Below, piece after piece: positions 45,352 to 59,298 of a stretch of DNA of 64,000 bases (position 1 is the first letter of the stretch; each line of letters opens with the position of its first letter). The translations under genes and the position numbers were made by a program. The notes below the pieces were generated by a model. The model was not told where the DNA came from. It made no database searches and saw only the letters and a list, made by a program, of their open reading frames with translations. The stretch comes from the human T2T-CHM13v2.0 reference genome, Homo sapiens: the NCBI RefSeq assembly GCF_009914755.1, contig NC_060926.1. One strand, written 5' to 3'.

Positions 45352-45642
45352 ACTTTGACTAGGATATTTTGATAGTCTCTATTTCTTTTTAGGCCTTTAG
45401 TAAACGTTTGCTTTCATCCTCAGATACTCTTCAAGAAAATATGGTATAATTTGGCACAAGTTAAATTTAAATAAAACGGACACTAGAACACAGAAATTCT
45501 AAAATCTTAAGTTATCTATATTTGATGTAAATAAAATTATTGAGATCAAACACAACACCCAAGAAGGTTTAAATTAATTTAATTTTGATGAAAAAGCTCT
45601 TGGCTGTGAGCTTGCCTTTCAGTCTTTTTGATAATGTCAGTA

Positions 45643-46479
45643 CAGCAGACCCTTGAATAATATAGCATTGTTATAATGTTGATGAGAAAAGAAAAAAAAA
45701 ATTCCCTGGCCAGGGCCACTGTCTGTAGGGAGTTTGCACATTCTCCTCATATCTGTGTGGGTTTTCTCTGGACACTTCGGTTTCCTCCCACATCCCCAAA
45801 ATGTGCCCATTAGGTTCATTGGCGTGTCTACATTGGCTCAGTGTGAGTGAATGTGGGTGTGTGTGTGAGTGTGTGCTGCAAGGGAATAGCGTCTTGGCCA
45901 GTCTTATTTCTCATCTTGTACGCTGAGCTGCCAAGATAGGCTCCAGCCACCCTCGACCTTGAACTGGAATAAGTGGGTTGGAAAAGGAATGAATAAATGA
46001 ATACAAATGACTGTAAAATAAAAATTCATCAAGTATACGATAATCACACAAATGTACGACAACAATTTGGTATGAAAATGCTCAGTGAACCCAGCCATAT
46101 TTGCTATTGTTTTTGAACTGCTTGGTGGTAAGATGTGCTCCTTACAATTTTCACTTTGCAAACATTTATTCCTGATTTAATCCACCCCTACTATGGCCTC
46201 AGTCACTCTCTCACTCACCAGAAATTTGGTAATTCAATATCTTACTTGCTTTTATTAACTTTTCTTACATGTTTGTATAGCTCACATTTATTTCAATGTT
46301 TAATATTAAAAACATTTTGGGTCTTTAGTTAGAAGTTTGGTGATGTTTTTGTGACCAGATATTGCCATAGGAATTTAACTCTTGTTTATATCAATTAGCC
46401 TATGGTAAAATTGGTTTTATTTATTCTTAATGTCACAGTCTCCGAGAACCTATCAATAACTTTATGTGAGCACTTATTG
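45643..46479 (+). mobile_element. MER6 (TcMar-Tigger non-autonomous transposon), near full length
   Basis: TA|cagcagacccttgaataa...gagcacttattg|TA; internal ggagtttgcacattctcc...ggtttcctcccacatcc. Confidence 0.85.
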
Positions 46480-48537
46480 TACTATTAATTATACTCAAGC
46501 AGTAACTTACATATCTAATTTTGCTTTATTTTTCTGCTTTTTTTTGTTAACTGTCTTTACTGCTTCTGGAAAAAAAAAAAACGAACACAGCCCCAGACAT
46601 ATAATCATCTCTTTCACAGTATTCTCCTTAGATCATACTCATACCGTGAAACATTCTTGCCTTTTAGAAGTTCACAAAATGAAAAATGATATGTAATCTA
46701 TTATGTAATGTTTAATATTTCTGTGACTGTGATTCAAAGATAATTTCAGATTCTCCTTTTATTTTCTGTGAAACAGGAGAGAACAAGTTTAATAATAATT
46801 GTAAATTTATTAGAATTTGCCATTCCCACTGCCCAGAACCACTCACATAGCTATGCATGTATGGTACTTATATGTGTGTGTGCCATATGCCCATTTTGGA
46901 ATTTATGAATCTCATAGGGCAGAGAACATATGTAATCAGTGTCTAATCTTTTTATATTATATACCCACTGTACTTTAATGGGCATTTACTGTTCTCTGAT
47001 TATGAAGATAAAGATTTTAAAAGTAACTAAATAGCACTAAATTTCCTAGAACTCATGCTTTCTGAAAAGATACAAAAATGGATTAAAGATTTCCTGGGGC
47101 AATTTTACTGCTAAATCCTTCATATCCAAGTTAGAGGGAAAAGCCTTGCAGTACATTAACTAGGCAGGTTTATAGATCCTTAAAATCTCAGATGGGTTAA
47201 TATGATGATACTTTCATGTGATCCTCAGTACATGGAAAGAAACAAGAAAATCAATAATACAGTCAAGAAATAATCTATAATTGAACAATAAAATATAGCT
47301 CTGACTAGTGCAAAGACAGCTAATTCTCCATCGAACAGGAAAGAAAATAGGAAGTTTAAAGAGGTTCGCTTTCTAGCTTAGAATTAGTATTAAAAGAGTA
47401 TGGTCACTAAAGACATTAGGAAGATTTAGGAATAATTATACTAAAAGTTAAATTCCTGGTTGATTTGTTTGCCCGGATCTTGGTATTCTATTTTCTTGAG
47501 GCTTACAGACTCAGTAGAAGGATGTGATCTTACTGTGGCATCTTATACTAAGGCCCAGTCTTCTAAGAGATTGTGTGTTAAGGTGGTAAACGGACAAGTT
47601 CTCCAGAAATGTTGCATTTCTGCAATTGCTCAAATTAATTGAGTAACTTTGATCATGAACTGGCAAGATGGTAAATAGCAGAAATGTCTCAGCTCCCTGA
47701 GACTTGAATTTAAAGTAGGCTCACCTCTTGTCCTTTTGATGATAGATACAAGCTTTTACCTTTAGCCTCCAGGGTTTTCCTATCAGTAGCCCATTTCTGG
47801 TCTTATGGCACTGAGAAAACATTCATTTGACCTTAAAATTCAATAATGAGTTAAGCAGAATAAATAGCTACACAGGCCAGTCCAAGGTCGCAGAGCTTCT
47901 GTTCCAAATTTTCATGTACTTCATGCATATGCATATGCATATGCTTCAGTTTTTAGAAAGAAAGGATTATAATCAGGGTAGAAATGAATATTGGAACCCT
48001 GACATTTTGCACATTGCTCTGTGTAAAGGGAAGACTGCAGAATCAAATTCTGGATGTCCAAATGTGCTCAGAGTACCAACATGCCTTCCTTCCTACTTAA
48101 ATATTCTCTAGGCCATTGTACACATTTGACAAAAGGCTACTTACTGTTAAAGGCAGAAAATCCCAGCAGAATGTTTGCTCCTGGGTAGGAGGAAAGGGGG
48201 TTAGTGTTGGATAAATCCTAGAAATTCTACTCTGTGGAAGTGATCATGATAGTGATACTTCTTGATTTACTGGGGCTTCACTCTTAACATATACACTATA
48301 GGAGAAAACAAAAAGAGGGCAAATGGGACCCTGTGATCCCAATGCAGGATCATGAAAAAGGTCAAGAAAAAAGCAATCTAAAAACAAGTGCAACTAAACA
48401 AATTACAGAGGACGACTTACTGCTAAGATAGGTCAGAATTGGTTATGGATTTGGGAAGCATGGCCAAATTATTACACAGACAAATGTCATTTCTAGCTGA
48501 ATCTTAGAGTGGGGCAAGCATATTCTTCTTCCATAAG

Positions 48538-48712
48538 CAGTGGTTGCCCAAAGTGTGGTTCCAGAACCACTGCCACATCAGCCAACACCTGGCAACCTAG
48601 AATGCAAATTCTTGGGCCCTACTTCAGACCTACTGAATCAAAACTCTGGGGATGGGGCCAACCATCTCTGTTAATAAGACCTCTGGGTGATTCTGGTGCT
48701 AAAGTTTGAGAT
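48538..48712. mobile_element. MER5A (hAT-Charlie)
   Basis: cagtggttgcccaaagtgtggttcc...cagacctactgaatcaaaactctgggg...aaagtttgaga. Confidence 0.82.
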
Positions 48713-49576
48713 AAGTCCTTTCCTAAAACCACAGAATAAAATATAGTCTTCTAAATACAAGGATACTCTATCAGAATTTTTTACTTACAATAATTTACAT
48801 GATTACTTAGAGACACAGAATCTAATATTCTGATGAAAAATATGTTACATTTATGTACTGATATGAACTCTATATAGACTCTCCATTTTTCCTTTTCCAC
48901 TCTCATTGTTAGTTTTATGTATTGGCTCTTCTATCCATTGGAAATCATAAGTAATACCTATTATAAAAATAACACTTATGGTTTTCAAAGATTATATATT
49001 TATGTAATGTTTGCAGCATTGTCTATTCTATTAGTAGTTGAGGAAGAAAATGGTTTGACACTTCTACTTTCTGTAGACTTTGTTTTACTCTTGGGCAAAA
49101 TAAAAGGGTTGAGCTTGACTTCTGAAGAGTATTCCATTTCTTAAGACGTGAATTCTAAAATTGCTGAATATTTTCCCTCTCTAACACTCTAAGCATATTC
49201 GTGAATATTGGTCTCTGTTGCCGTTGTTTGTACTTTAAGATATTTGAGGGCTCCTACATAGATACACACTTTGCCTGAAAATGGATGTAGTTGTAAATGA
49301 ACCTATTTCACTAAAGGTAATTAAAGGATAACTATCTTTGTTATTTGTTAGGTATCGTGATATATGAATCATAATTGTAATGCTATCACTAAATACAATT
49401 CAAACTCATGATGTAATTCGATATATAACACCCTGTTATCAAACCACACCAGGATTTGACTTCAATTTATCTCTTCCGCCTCTACTCAGCACAGACTTTT
49501 GGCTCCAGCCAAGCTCGTTGTTCACTGTCATGCAAACACATCTTATTTATTCCTCATTTTATGGTTGGCCTACATT

Positions 49577-49619
49577 GTTTCTTCCCACCTGGAGTTTCTT
49601 CCCACCTGGAGTTTCTTCC
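49577..49619. repeat. 17-bp tandem repeat x2.5 (gtttcttcccacctgga)
   Basis: Direct reading. Confidence 0.9.
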
Positions 49620-52266
49620 TTGCTACAACCTTGACTTTGGTACTTTTCATAATGATCACTTAAATTTTCTGAGAGTCAAGTTTATAGCTTTCTTTTCATT
49701 ATTACATACCTAGTACCTAACAGACTACCTGCCATTGAATGGATTAATTAATAGCCCCTGGATTATTCTTCTTGTTAACTGTGTGCATAGCACATAATAC
49801 ATGCTCAATAAATATTTGAGTGTTCTGGAGTAGATTTGTTTTTCTAAGCCTCAATTTTCTTGTCCTGTACTGGACATAGCATTAATTGTCCTTCACTTAT
49901 TTTATATCTGAAAACTGCTTTGGCTGTCTTAATTAAAAGGTGGCATTTAAATCATAGCATAAACGTCCCTCTAGTTAAATCAGTGAACTCTCTCAAAGGT
50001 TCTTGGGTATTATGTATTATTCTACCTTTCATCATCATCCCTGTAACATCTTCCCCATGTTGTAGAACCCAGCATGCTTTTAATGGGTCCTATGTAAATT
50101 AAGAGCTGAATGAACTCATTTTAAGGTATTTTTCTGACTTCTAAGCTGGCAACTACTCAGTTAGCTTTATGCTCTCGCTGTCTCTTTCTTCTCTGATCTG
50201 ATTGAGATAACCTAGGTTGTGGCTGTCGTGACGGCTACTGCCTGATTTGACTGCTCCTCCTCAGAAAGCCTCAATTTTTGGCTTTCTCACAGTGCTGCCG
50301 GGATGCAGCCGGCCCTCCATCCCCGCGCTCCGGGGCCCACCCAGCTTCCTTCTGGCACTGAAGGCAGCGGCTGCTCTGCCACCCTTCTCTTCAGATAAGC
50401 ATGGCTTGGAAAAGCTATCTTTAGAGGTGATGAGTTTTTGTTTGGATAGAATTATGACTAGTATAAAGCCCACACATGCTAACAAGCCACAGAGTGCAAA
50501 ATAATTATTGAAAGCAATTTGAGAGAAAAGTGGAAAATCATCTGAAGAAAAAACAAAATTTTTCCCAAGCTTTGGTCCAATTTTTTGCTGTTAGATTGAA
50601 TCTTGAACATTCGTTTTCTGCTGCCAGGTAACCTAAGCACTGACGGCACTGTTCTTCTCTTCAGCTTTTTTGCATTTTACTCTTTCTTAAACCATTCTAC
50701 CTTGCTTCTTGACATTTTACTCTTGATTGGCCAGAAATGATATCATATACCAGGCTTCACCTTTCAGTGGGCAACCAAGAAAAGAATTGCATCTTTCTCC
50801 TATCTTGTCTTACTTAATGTAGCTTTTGGTACCACTGAGTGTCTACTTTTTATGAACCTCCATGTACCTTAAGATAACCTTTCCTAAGGAAAAAGGAACC
50901 TTTTCTACCTGAAATGATACATATGCTCTGCCCCTGACCGCCAGGATGTGCCTACAATATATATTATGCATGTAATATATTTCATATATTATGACTAACT
51001 CAGCTGTAAGGCAAGCCTCAATCTAGGCTGCAGATCAGCTCTGCTAAAATGCTTGAATGAGTAATTTCAAACCAATGGTAATCTCCATTCACCTTGATTT
51101 AGTTCTAATAGTGTGGCCAAGTGACAAGGAGAATAGGCATAATATACAAGTAGAATACATTTGATAGGCCCTAAAAGAAAATTTTTTCCTTGAAGAACAG
51201 CAAAGAGAGAAAATAAAATTAGTTACTGGAATGCAAAAGGGTAATGTACATGCCATTAGCCTCACAGAAAACAAATACAATATAGAGTTTCTGGGGAAAG
51301 CTTCTAAGCAGGGAAGTAGCAGAGCTCATGCAGTCTCTGGCATCTCCATTATCCCGAATCATAGGGTGGGCACAGAGATTCTGTATGCACCACAGCAGAA
51401 GTCCCAGCAGAGAGGGGCTTTCCTTGGCCAGCATGGGAGAGTACTCCAAGAGAGAAATGAGATCTGCTCCCACATTGCATTGTATCTTCATAGGTTAGCT
51501 GAAGAGGCACTAGAAAACACTTGTTTCTTTAGGTAGCAAGAAATGTGGCATGGAATATTCAGACTATGGGATATCTGAGAGCGGGCCAAGGTCTGTTTAC
51601 CAAGGACACTAGGAAAAGTCTTGCATGCCAGGAATAATAAAATCAGCCAAAGGTCAAGGTGTTTCCGGAAGCTGGGTCAGGCCAGCTTAGCCCTGCTAAG
51701 CTACTGAAAGAGGAAATGAGCCTTCAGGGCCATCCCTTTTTTCTTTCATCAGTTTCCATTTGGGCAGGGGGTCAACTAGTTTTTTATGTTTATACATCTT
51801 AAAATTCCATTTCTGGGGTTAGAACCAATAATTCTAACATTTTTAAATGGCCTGAAGTATTTCTTTGAACTGACCCATTTTTAAATAAATGTATTAAATA
51901 AAAGCTATAATCTATGAATAACTTTCTGTTTTTGTTTCATGGAAAAAGTTTGATGATAACATTATTTGAAAACGAAACCAGAATTTTTCAGTATGGTGGC
52001 CATAAGATTATCTTCATCCCAAAGATTTAGTTTTAAAATCCTATGTATGAAGAAATGCATGTATAAATATAAAAATCATTTCCACCCTTTGAGGAAAGAT
52101 GGAATATTGTCATTATAAGAAGAAATTTGAAGCATAAAACAAAAGCCTAAAACACATCCAAATGGAGTCAAACCTTCCATTTCCTCCTCTCTCAAGACAC
52201 ATCTGTGTTTTGATCCATACAGGAAGATATTAATATCTTCTACTGTCTCTTTCCAACTCTCTAGAG

Positions 52267-52444
52267 TAGTGGTTCTTTAAATATGGTCACCAGACCAGCA
52301 TAATCAACATCACCTGGAAACTTGTTAGAACTGGAAATTCTTATGCCCACTCTACTCCAGACCTATGGAGTCAGAACTTCTGGGGGATATTGCTAACAAG
52401 CCCATCAGGGGATTCCGATGTAAACTGAAGTTTGAGAAACACTG
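52267..52444. mobile_element. MER5A
   Basis: agtggttct...cagaccagcataatcaacatcacctggaaacttgttagaa...aagtttgagaaacactg. Confidence 0.82.
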
Positions 52445-52844
52445 TTCTGAGTACATCCCTCATCCTCTCCTCATAGAGCATTCTGGGAATATAATTTCAC
52501 CTTTATAACAATAAAACTGATTATATCACCCATACTTTTTTCTTATAAAATTTAGATTAATTTTTAAAAAATATGCTTGGAAATTAACATGTTTTTTATT
52601 GAGTGACATGAAGGAGATTGTTGTTAGCATTTAAATTACTTTGTGTTATGAGACTCTCATTAATTACTTATGTTCTTGGTAGCTGATACTTTATTGAAAG
52701 GACCTGTGCTAACATTAATAAATGCAAACAGAGTGGAAGGTCTTGAGGTTAATGAGATAATGAAACATTAATCTGTGTTTCTTCTTTAATGTAAAATGGA
52801 GACTCATCAGGTTCACTTTATATACTTTACATTTGTCTTTTCAG

Positions 52845-52912
52845 GAAGAACAAAGTATGCTAGCTATGGAAGATGAGGGCACAGTACAACTCCCATTGGA
52901 AGGGCACTATAG
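52845..52912 (+). CDS. SLC4A10: SLC4A10 C-tail exon (EEQSMLAMEDEGTVQLPLEGHY[R])
   Basis: cttttcag acceptor, gtaaga donor; 68 nt, phase 0-2. Confidence 0.94.
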
Positions 52913-54269
52913 GTAAGACATAAATTTAAAAACACATCAATTAAAGTAATGAAATGCATTGTTATATACTTTAAGAATTTCATACTGTGTAGATCCTCAG
53001 AGAGGTTTCTTGAAATTGTATAAGAGTAGAAAGAACGAAGAGTTAGATAACATGGGTCCTACTGCTAAGTTTTGCCAATAATAGCCGTGTGACTATAATC
53101 AAATTGCATTAAATGAAGTGAAGCAGGAAGCTGTTGTCTGAAGTTTTTCTTGCTCCTGTTTTATAATGTGTATGAAAAATCCCTTTCATATTCTCAGAAA
53201 GTAGCACCAGAAGACAGATCAAGGTTCCTTTTTTGTATAAGTGACTAGTTATTCACTAAGTTGATCACAGGTAAATGTTTTAACTCTGGGAATTTGCCGC
53301 TAAAAGTGGAATTTCCAATGACATAATCTATTTCTTAAGTGATTCAGTTGTATCAGTCATTTTAGGATATATTTATGCAATTCTCCAAAATTTTCTAATC
53401 TTCTTTATGTACAAAGACATAGCAAAAGAAAGCAAACTACTGAAGTTATAAAGAAAACATTTGCAAGCATTTGGCCCAGAATTCTCCCCTCTCTCTCTCT
53501 TCTCTGTCTCCCTCTCAATATAGTTTAGTTTAAACGGTTATCTTGTACAATTCTAAGTATCAATTAGTGCCCAATTTTATAGTCTCAAAGTCTTTATGAA
53601 TAATTTAAGGTTATGCCAATAAAAATACAGAGAATACTTTTTTATGAGAAGGGAATTTGTCATAGTGTTAAAAACCAAAATAGGAGAGAATTTTCTAGAT
53701 CTTTAGGGTCTGACTCTAAGATTATATTCCCTAGAATTTAAGAAAATGTGATTACCTCCCTCTTAAGAGGGGGCACAACTATAAGATGTTTTATCTTTTT
53801 TTTCTTTTTTACAACATTTAAATTTTAAAATCCTGTTGATTGTTTAGCTGAACCAGCATATTTCCAAGTGTATTAGGTAGAAACCTAGTCTTGTGTGATA
53901 CCACTCTCGAAAGGGCTGTGTGGTTAAATAAGTTTGAAAAAATGTGCCAAACTGCATTCCAGTTTGGAGATTCACAATGCATATTAGCAAATGAAACAAT
54001 CTAAGTAGTACTGCATTTTAAAAAATTGTATAGCTTCGTTCAATCAAGTATTTAAAAAAATCTTTTGCTCAGAAGACTCTTCCTCACATAATATCATGAA
54101 AAATGTCTATTCCACATGATGCTTTTTTTAAGAAAGTAGTCAATCTGGTGCTTTGAATTACCAGGAAACTATCTTTCTAGGAAGACCAAAACAGCTGGAG
54201 GGTTTAGAGGAACTGAAGAACACATTTCCAGATTGGGCAAGAGAGGGAGACCCAAGGTTTTGTTCCTCT

Positions 54270-54620
54270 TAAAAGTTGCATTTGTTCCTCTCCTGTGACC
54301 TATCACCAATCAGGGTCATATGAAAAGGCGGCATTTGAACAAAGAAGGGGCAAGGTTGCTCCATGTGAAGGGACATGATAAGCAGAGGGAAGAGCAAGGA
54401 CAAGGCCCCCAGGCAGCACCATGCCCATTGTGTTCCAGAACAGTCAGGAGGCTACTGAAATGGGGCTGGAAAGGAGTGAGCAGGGATGCAGTGGCAGGAG
54501 GTGAAATCAGAGTGAGGTGGGGACAGAGCCTTTAGGCCATTATAAGGACTTGGCATTGACTCTGAGTGACTGGGAGCCACTGCAAGGTCTGAGCAAAGGA
54601 GGGAAGTGATCTGGTTGCTA
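54270..54620 (-). mobile_element. L2 fragment
   Basis: aggccattataaggacttggcattgactctgagtgactgggagccactg typical of L2. Confidence 0.7.
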
Positions 54621-54809
54621 TGATGTTAGGGGCAAGCGTTTAAGCAATGGACATGCGGAACCCATTCTCTGTAATTTGAAATGAATTAAGAATACCACAG
54701 GCCAACTCAGTATCTATTCAACTAGAATATTTTCTTTAGTTTTTTTATTTTTCACAGATTGTTTTCAATAATTGAGAGAAATATTCAATACTTCTTCATT
54801 TTTAATTAT

Positions 54810-55240
54810 CAAAAATATTGTACAATAAACAAAATGGGGCATACACATACAATGGAACATTATCCAGGTTTAAAAAGGAGGAAATTCTGACATATGCTAC
54901 AACATGGATGCACCTTGAGGATGTTGTACTAACTGAAATAAACCAGTCACAAAAAGACAAATACTGTATGATTCTGCTTATATGAGGCACTTAGAGAAGT
55001 CAGAAACCTAGAGACAGAAAGTGGAATTATAGTTGCCAGGGACCGGGAACAAGAGGAAATGGAGAGTTGTGGTTTAGTGGGTATGGAGTTCCAGTTTTAT
55101 AGGATAAAAAGAGTTCTGGAAATGGATGGTGGTGATGGTTGCACAACATTATGAATGTATTTAGTAACCCTGAACTGTACTTTTAAAAATAGTTAAGGTA
55201 GTAAATTTTATGTTATGTGTATTTTACCACAATTTAAAAA
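54810..55240 (+). mobile_element. L1MB 3' end
   Basis: gaaattctgacatatgctacaacatggatg...gatggtggtgatggttgcacaaca...tattttaccacaat. Confidence 0.85.
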
Positions 55241-55355
55241 TTGGGAAAAATATTCTTCATAGATATATGATTGCCCTATATTTAGTTTCTGTCATTGAAA
55301 AACTGCAGTTACTTATGTAATGTTTATTATTTCATTTGGGGAAACTCCTGTCTAG

Positions 55356-55472
55356 AGATGATCCATCTGTGATCAATATATCTGATGAAATGTCAAAGAC
55401 TGCCTTGTGGAGGAACCTTCTGATTACTGCCGATAACTCAAAAGATAAGGAGTCAAGCTTTCCTTCCAAAAG
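55356..55472 (+). CDS. SLC4A10: SLC4A10 C-tail exon (DDPSVINISDEMSKTALWRNLLITADNSKDKESSFPSK[S])
   Basis: tctag acceptor, gtttgg donor; 117 nt, phase 2-2; 'INISDEMSKTA' motif shared with NBCn1/NDCBE. Confidence 0.94.
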
Positions 55473-56317
55473 GTTTGGATTTTAAAATAATGAGAATTTA
55501 TACTAATTCCAATTGTTTTTTGACATAAACCATAAGCAAAAGAATAATATTAGTTTCCATCAAATTTAGATATAAAATATTCCAGAAAATTCTTTCCAAA
55601 AGTGGGTAGAAATTGTAATTATTTCAAATGTTGGTATGTTTTTCATACCAACTGTGGTATGGGGAACTGTGCTAGAAATGAGTCACAATGCATGACATTT
55701 TTGGACATTCATCTTGGCCTACTGTTTTTCAGTATGATTTTATTTTATTCCCTCATCACCCACTTCCCCCAGGACCCCTTTAGACATCTGGCCACATTTT
55801 GCACTCCTTTATTTTCCCTTTTTTAGACTGATATGCACTGTGTGTATTTTATATTTATATTTTATAAATATGCATAAATATTTATATTTAGTATAGTTCT
55901 AGTCCTGACTCCAACCCCCTGAAAGTCTTCCCTAAACTTCTTATCCCAAAACTTTCAACTCCTGAAAGTTCTATCCATTCTTTCTTCTCTGTGTGTAAAT
56001 GTACAAACAACTCCTGTAGTTGTGGATGGTAGTTTTAAGTGCATGCTGGAGGAAGAGTGTGTCCCTAAATATCAACAGTCATCAAAGGATTTCCAAGTGA
56101 ATCTTCTAGGATTTATAAATAAGAGTTCAAGTCACCCAGTCTTCTTAGATGCTGATCTGAAGAAAGAGGAATTCCTATGTTATGCTAATATCTCTTTTTG
56201 TTAGAGAGTGATTGAGGGAATTGGGACAGTGTTTACTATAATTATAAAGTTCCTTTATTTTCGTAACCTTAAATTAACTTTTTCTACTTAATTTTTATAT
56301 TACATTTTTGTCATAAG

Positions 56318-56356
56318 CTCCCCTTCCTAATCACTCTAGAAGCTGATTCCCCAAAG
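56318..56356 (+). CDS. SLC4A10: SLC4A10 39-nt alternative cassette exon giving the short C-terminus SSPS* (stop TAA 56328-56330)
   Basis: cataag acceptor, gtaaga donor; exactly 39 nt; matches the known NCBE 39-bp insert. Confidence 0.93.
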
Positions 56357-56571
56357 GTAAGACCCTCTCCCTCAAATCTATTCCTTGGTTGCATTTCCTT
56401 ATGTTAAATGGTGTCTTCTAGAAACCTGGTCAGTCTATGTCCTCTGTGTGAGTTTTGGGGAGGCAAAAGGCATGGAGAGTGTTGGGCTCAGATCCAGTAG
56501 CAGACTGAGTTTGATGATATATCTGTAACAACTCAGCTCTTTAAGTTAGTCTGAAACTTGAATAAACTTTA

Positions 56572-57057
<486 letters not shown>

Positions 57058-58964
57058 TTATGTACCACCATGCCTCCAGACTGGCAAGCCGTATCTCACT
57101 TCATGAGACATCACTGGAAACATGGGCAAGAGAAAGAGGCTACATTAGACTTAGAGAATATATCTCTTATTGCTGGTTTTTGTCACCCCAAAATGGCATG
57201 CTGCTTCAGTGTCATCTCTATACCAAACAGTATAAACAAGACGAGACAAACAGCAAGTGCATAGAATCTTCATCCCCGAAGCTGGGAATTAGTTCTCTCT
57301 CTCTCTCTGTGTGTCTCTCTCTCAACCACCTTTAATATTTACTACAAATGAAGATAATATATTAATAAATTACTCAATGGGCTCCCTCTCAAAGACTTTT
57401 GGTTGGTATTTTCTGTCTTAATAGGACTTTAAAACTTTCATGTATTTCTTTGCTTGGCTCAGGACAAAGTAACATTTTATTCTAAAACATGCTTTAACTT
57501 CCTTTCTCAAAGATCCTTGCTACAGTCTGATAAATATTTCTCATAGTAATTCTCTGTTTTGCTAGTACTTTTGAAGAAAATCAGAATTATGAGAAGGGCA
57601 GTTTCTCAAGCCCATTGAAATGTGTACTTGTCACATGAAAAATACGACATTTCTCTGATTTTTTAGAAAATGTTAAATCCAGGTTTATGAGCTCAAAATA
57701 AAATGCCCTTGATGGTCAATGTGTTGAGAATTTGAAACAAACCTGTAAAAAATTTTCTTCCTGTATTATATGGATTCAAAGTCCAAACTTTTCCTCTATT
57801 TTTCTTTGGTTCAAGCAAAAGTCTTGTGACGTGATATTTTAGCTACTCCTTAAAGTCAAGTGATACTTTTCACCAGAAAAATCTTTTTGTTTTAAAAATA
57901 TATATCCAGATGACTTCACATAGTGGGTTGACTCTAGTGAACAATATAATGTGCTTTAAAGCAGGTCCAATTTTCAATAGACTATCCTTTATATTTAGAT
58001 ATAACCACTTGTTTCTTATTCTTTAAATGTACTTTCACTGACGTGAGGTTCAGACTATTGTGGAATGAAAGTTTATCCAGCTTTCCTTACCTTTTGATGT
58101 GATCGCATTTGTGGTTTTCCATGTGAGAAACATCTTTTGGTTGGTAGTTAATCTCTTTTATCCTCATTACAGTAGAAACTCTGGCAGAAAGTGTATGACT
58201 TACAGAATTCTAAAACTACTGATACTAATAAGGCTCCCAAAGCCACTTCCTTTTTGTGGTATCTGTTAAAGGCTTTAAAGCATCATGACCAGGAACTGTG
58301 AAAATTTAGTACGTGGTAGAGTATCCATTGGCAAAAAGAGACCCAAAGAGCAGGTTACTAGGGTCTGAGTCCTGAGCTGGCACCCATGCAGCCTTTGACA
58401 CCCCCCATTCTGAGTTATTTTCCATCCTGTGCTGTAATGTGTCAGAGAAGCCTAGAAACCCTTTTTTCATGGAATTTTGAATAGAAATTATATTTTCTCA
58501 ATTATATCATTCACTTTTTGTTGTCAAAAATATTTTATCTCGTTTAACTGACAGTAGAATCTAAGAACTAACGGCAAATTCTGTCTTATCTGGAGGATGT
58601 CTAATTTTGATCCTGATGTCATACATGCATGTGACAAGAGCCTCTGCAGCTTATTAAATGGGCTGGTGAAAATAGGGCTCATTAACGACCACATTGCATC
58701 AGAATAGGTTAGCAACTGCTACGTTTTTTAAACTGATGCCCAAGATCAGTGTGTCTGGAGGTCCTTGGCAATGTTAGGAAAAGCAGCACTTAGCTTTGCC
58801 TTGGTGACAGAGGCTAGTCTCTGGGACTATCCGCTCTACCCCCCAACACCCACCCCTGCACTCCCCCACCACCTTTTTCTATCCCAGATTCTTTCTTTGC
58901 TCTGATTGCCTAGGCTTAGGCTCTCTCATGACTTCTTGGAAATATTATTCATAAAAACAACTTT

Positions 58965-59298
<334 letters not shown>

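Noticed and set aside
50247-50504. Overlapping 85-aa and 74-aa ORFs in the GC island as a microprotein or pseudogene
   Set aside because: No recognisable homology, poly(A) tail or TSD; open frames are explained by GC content
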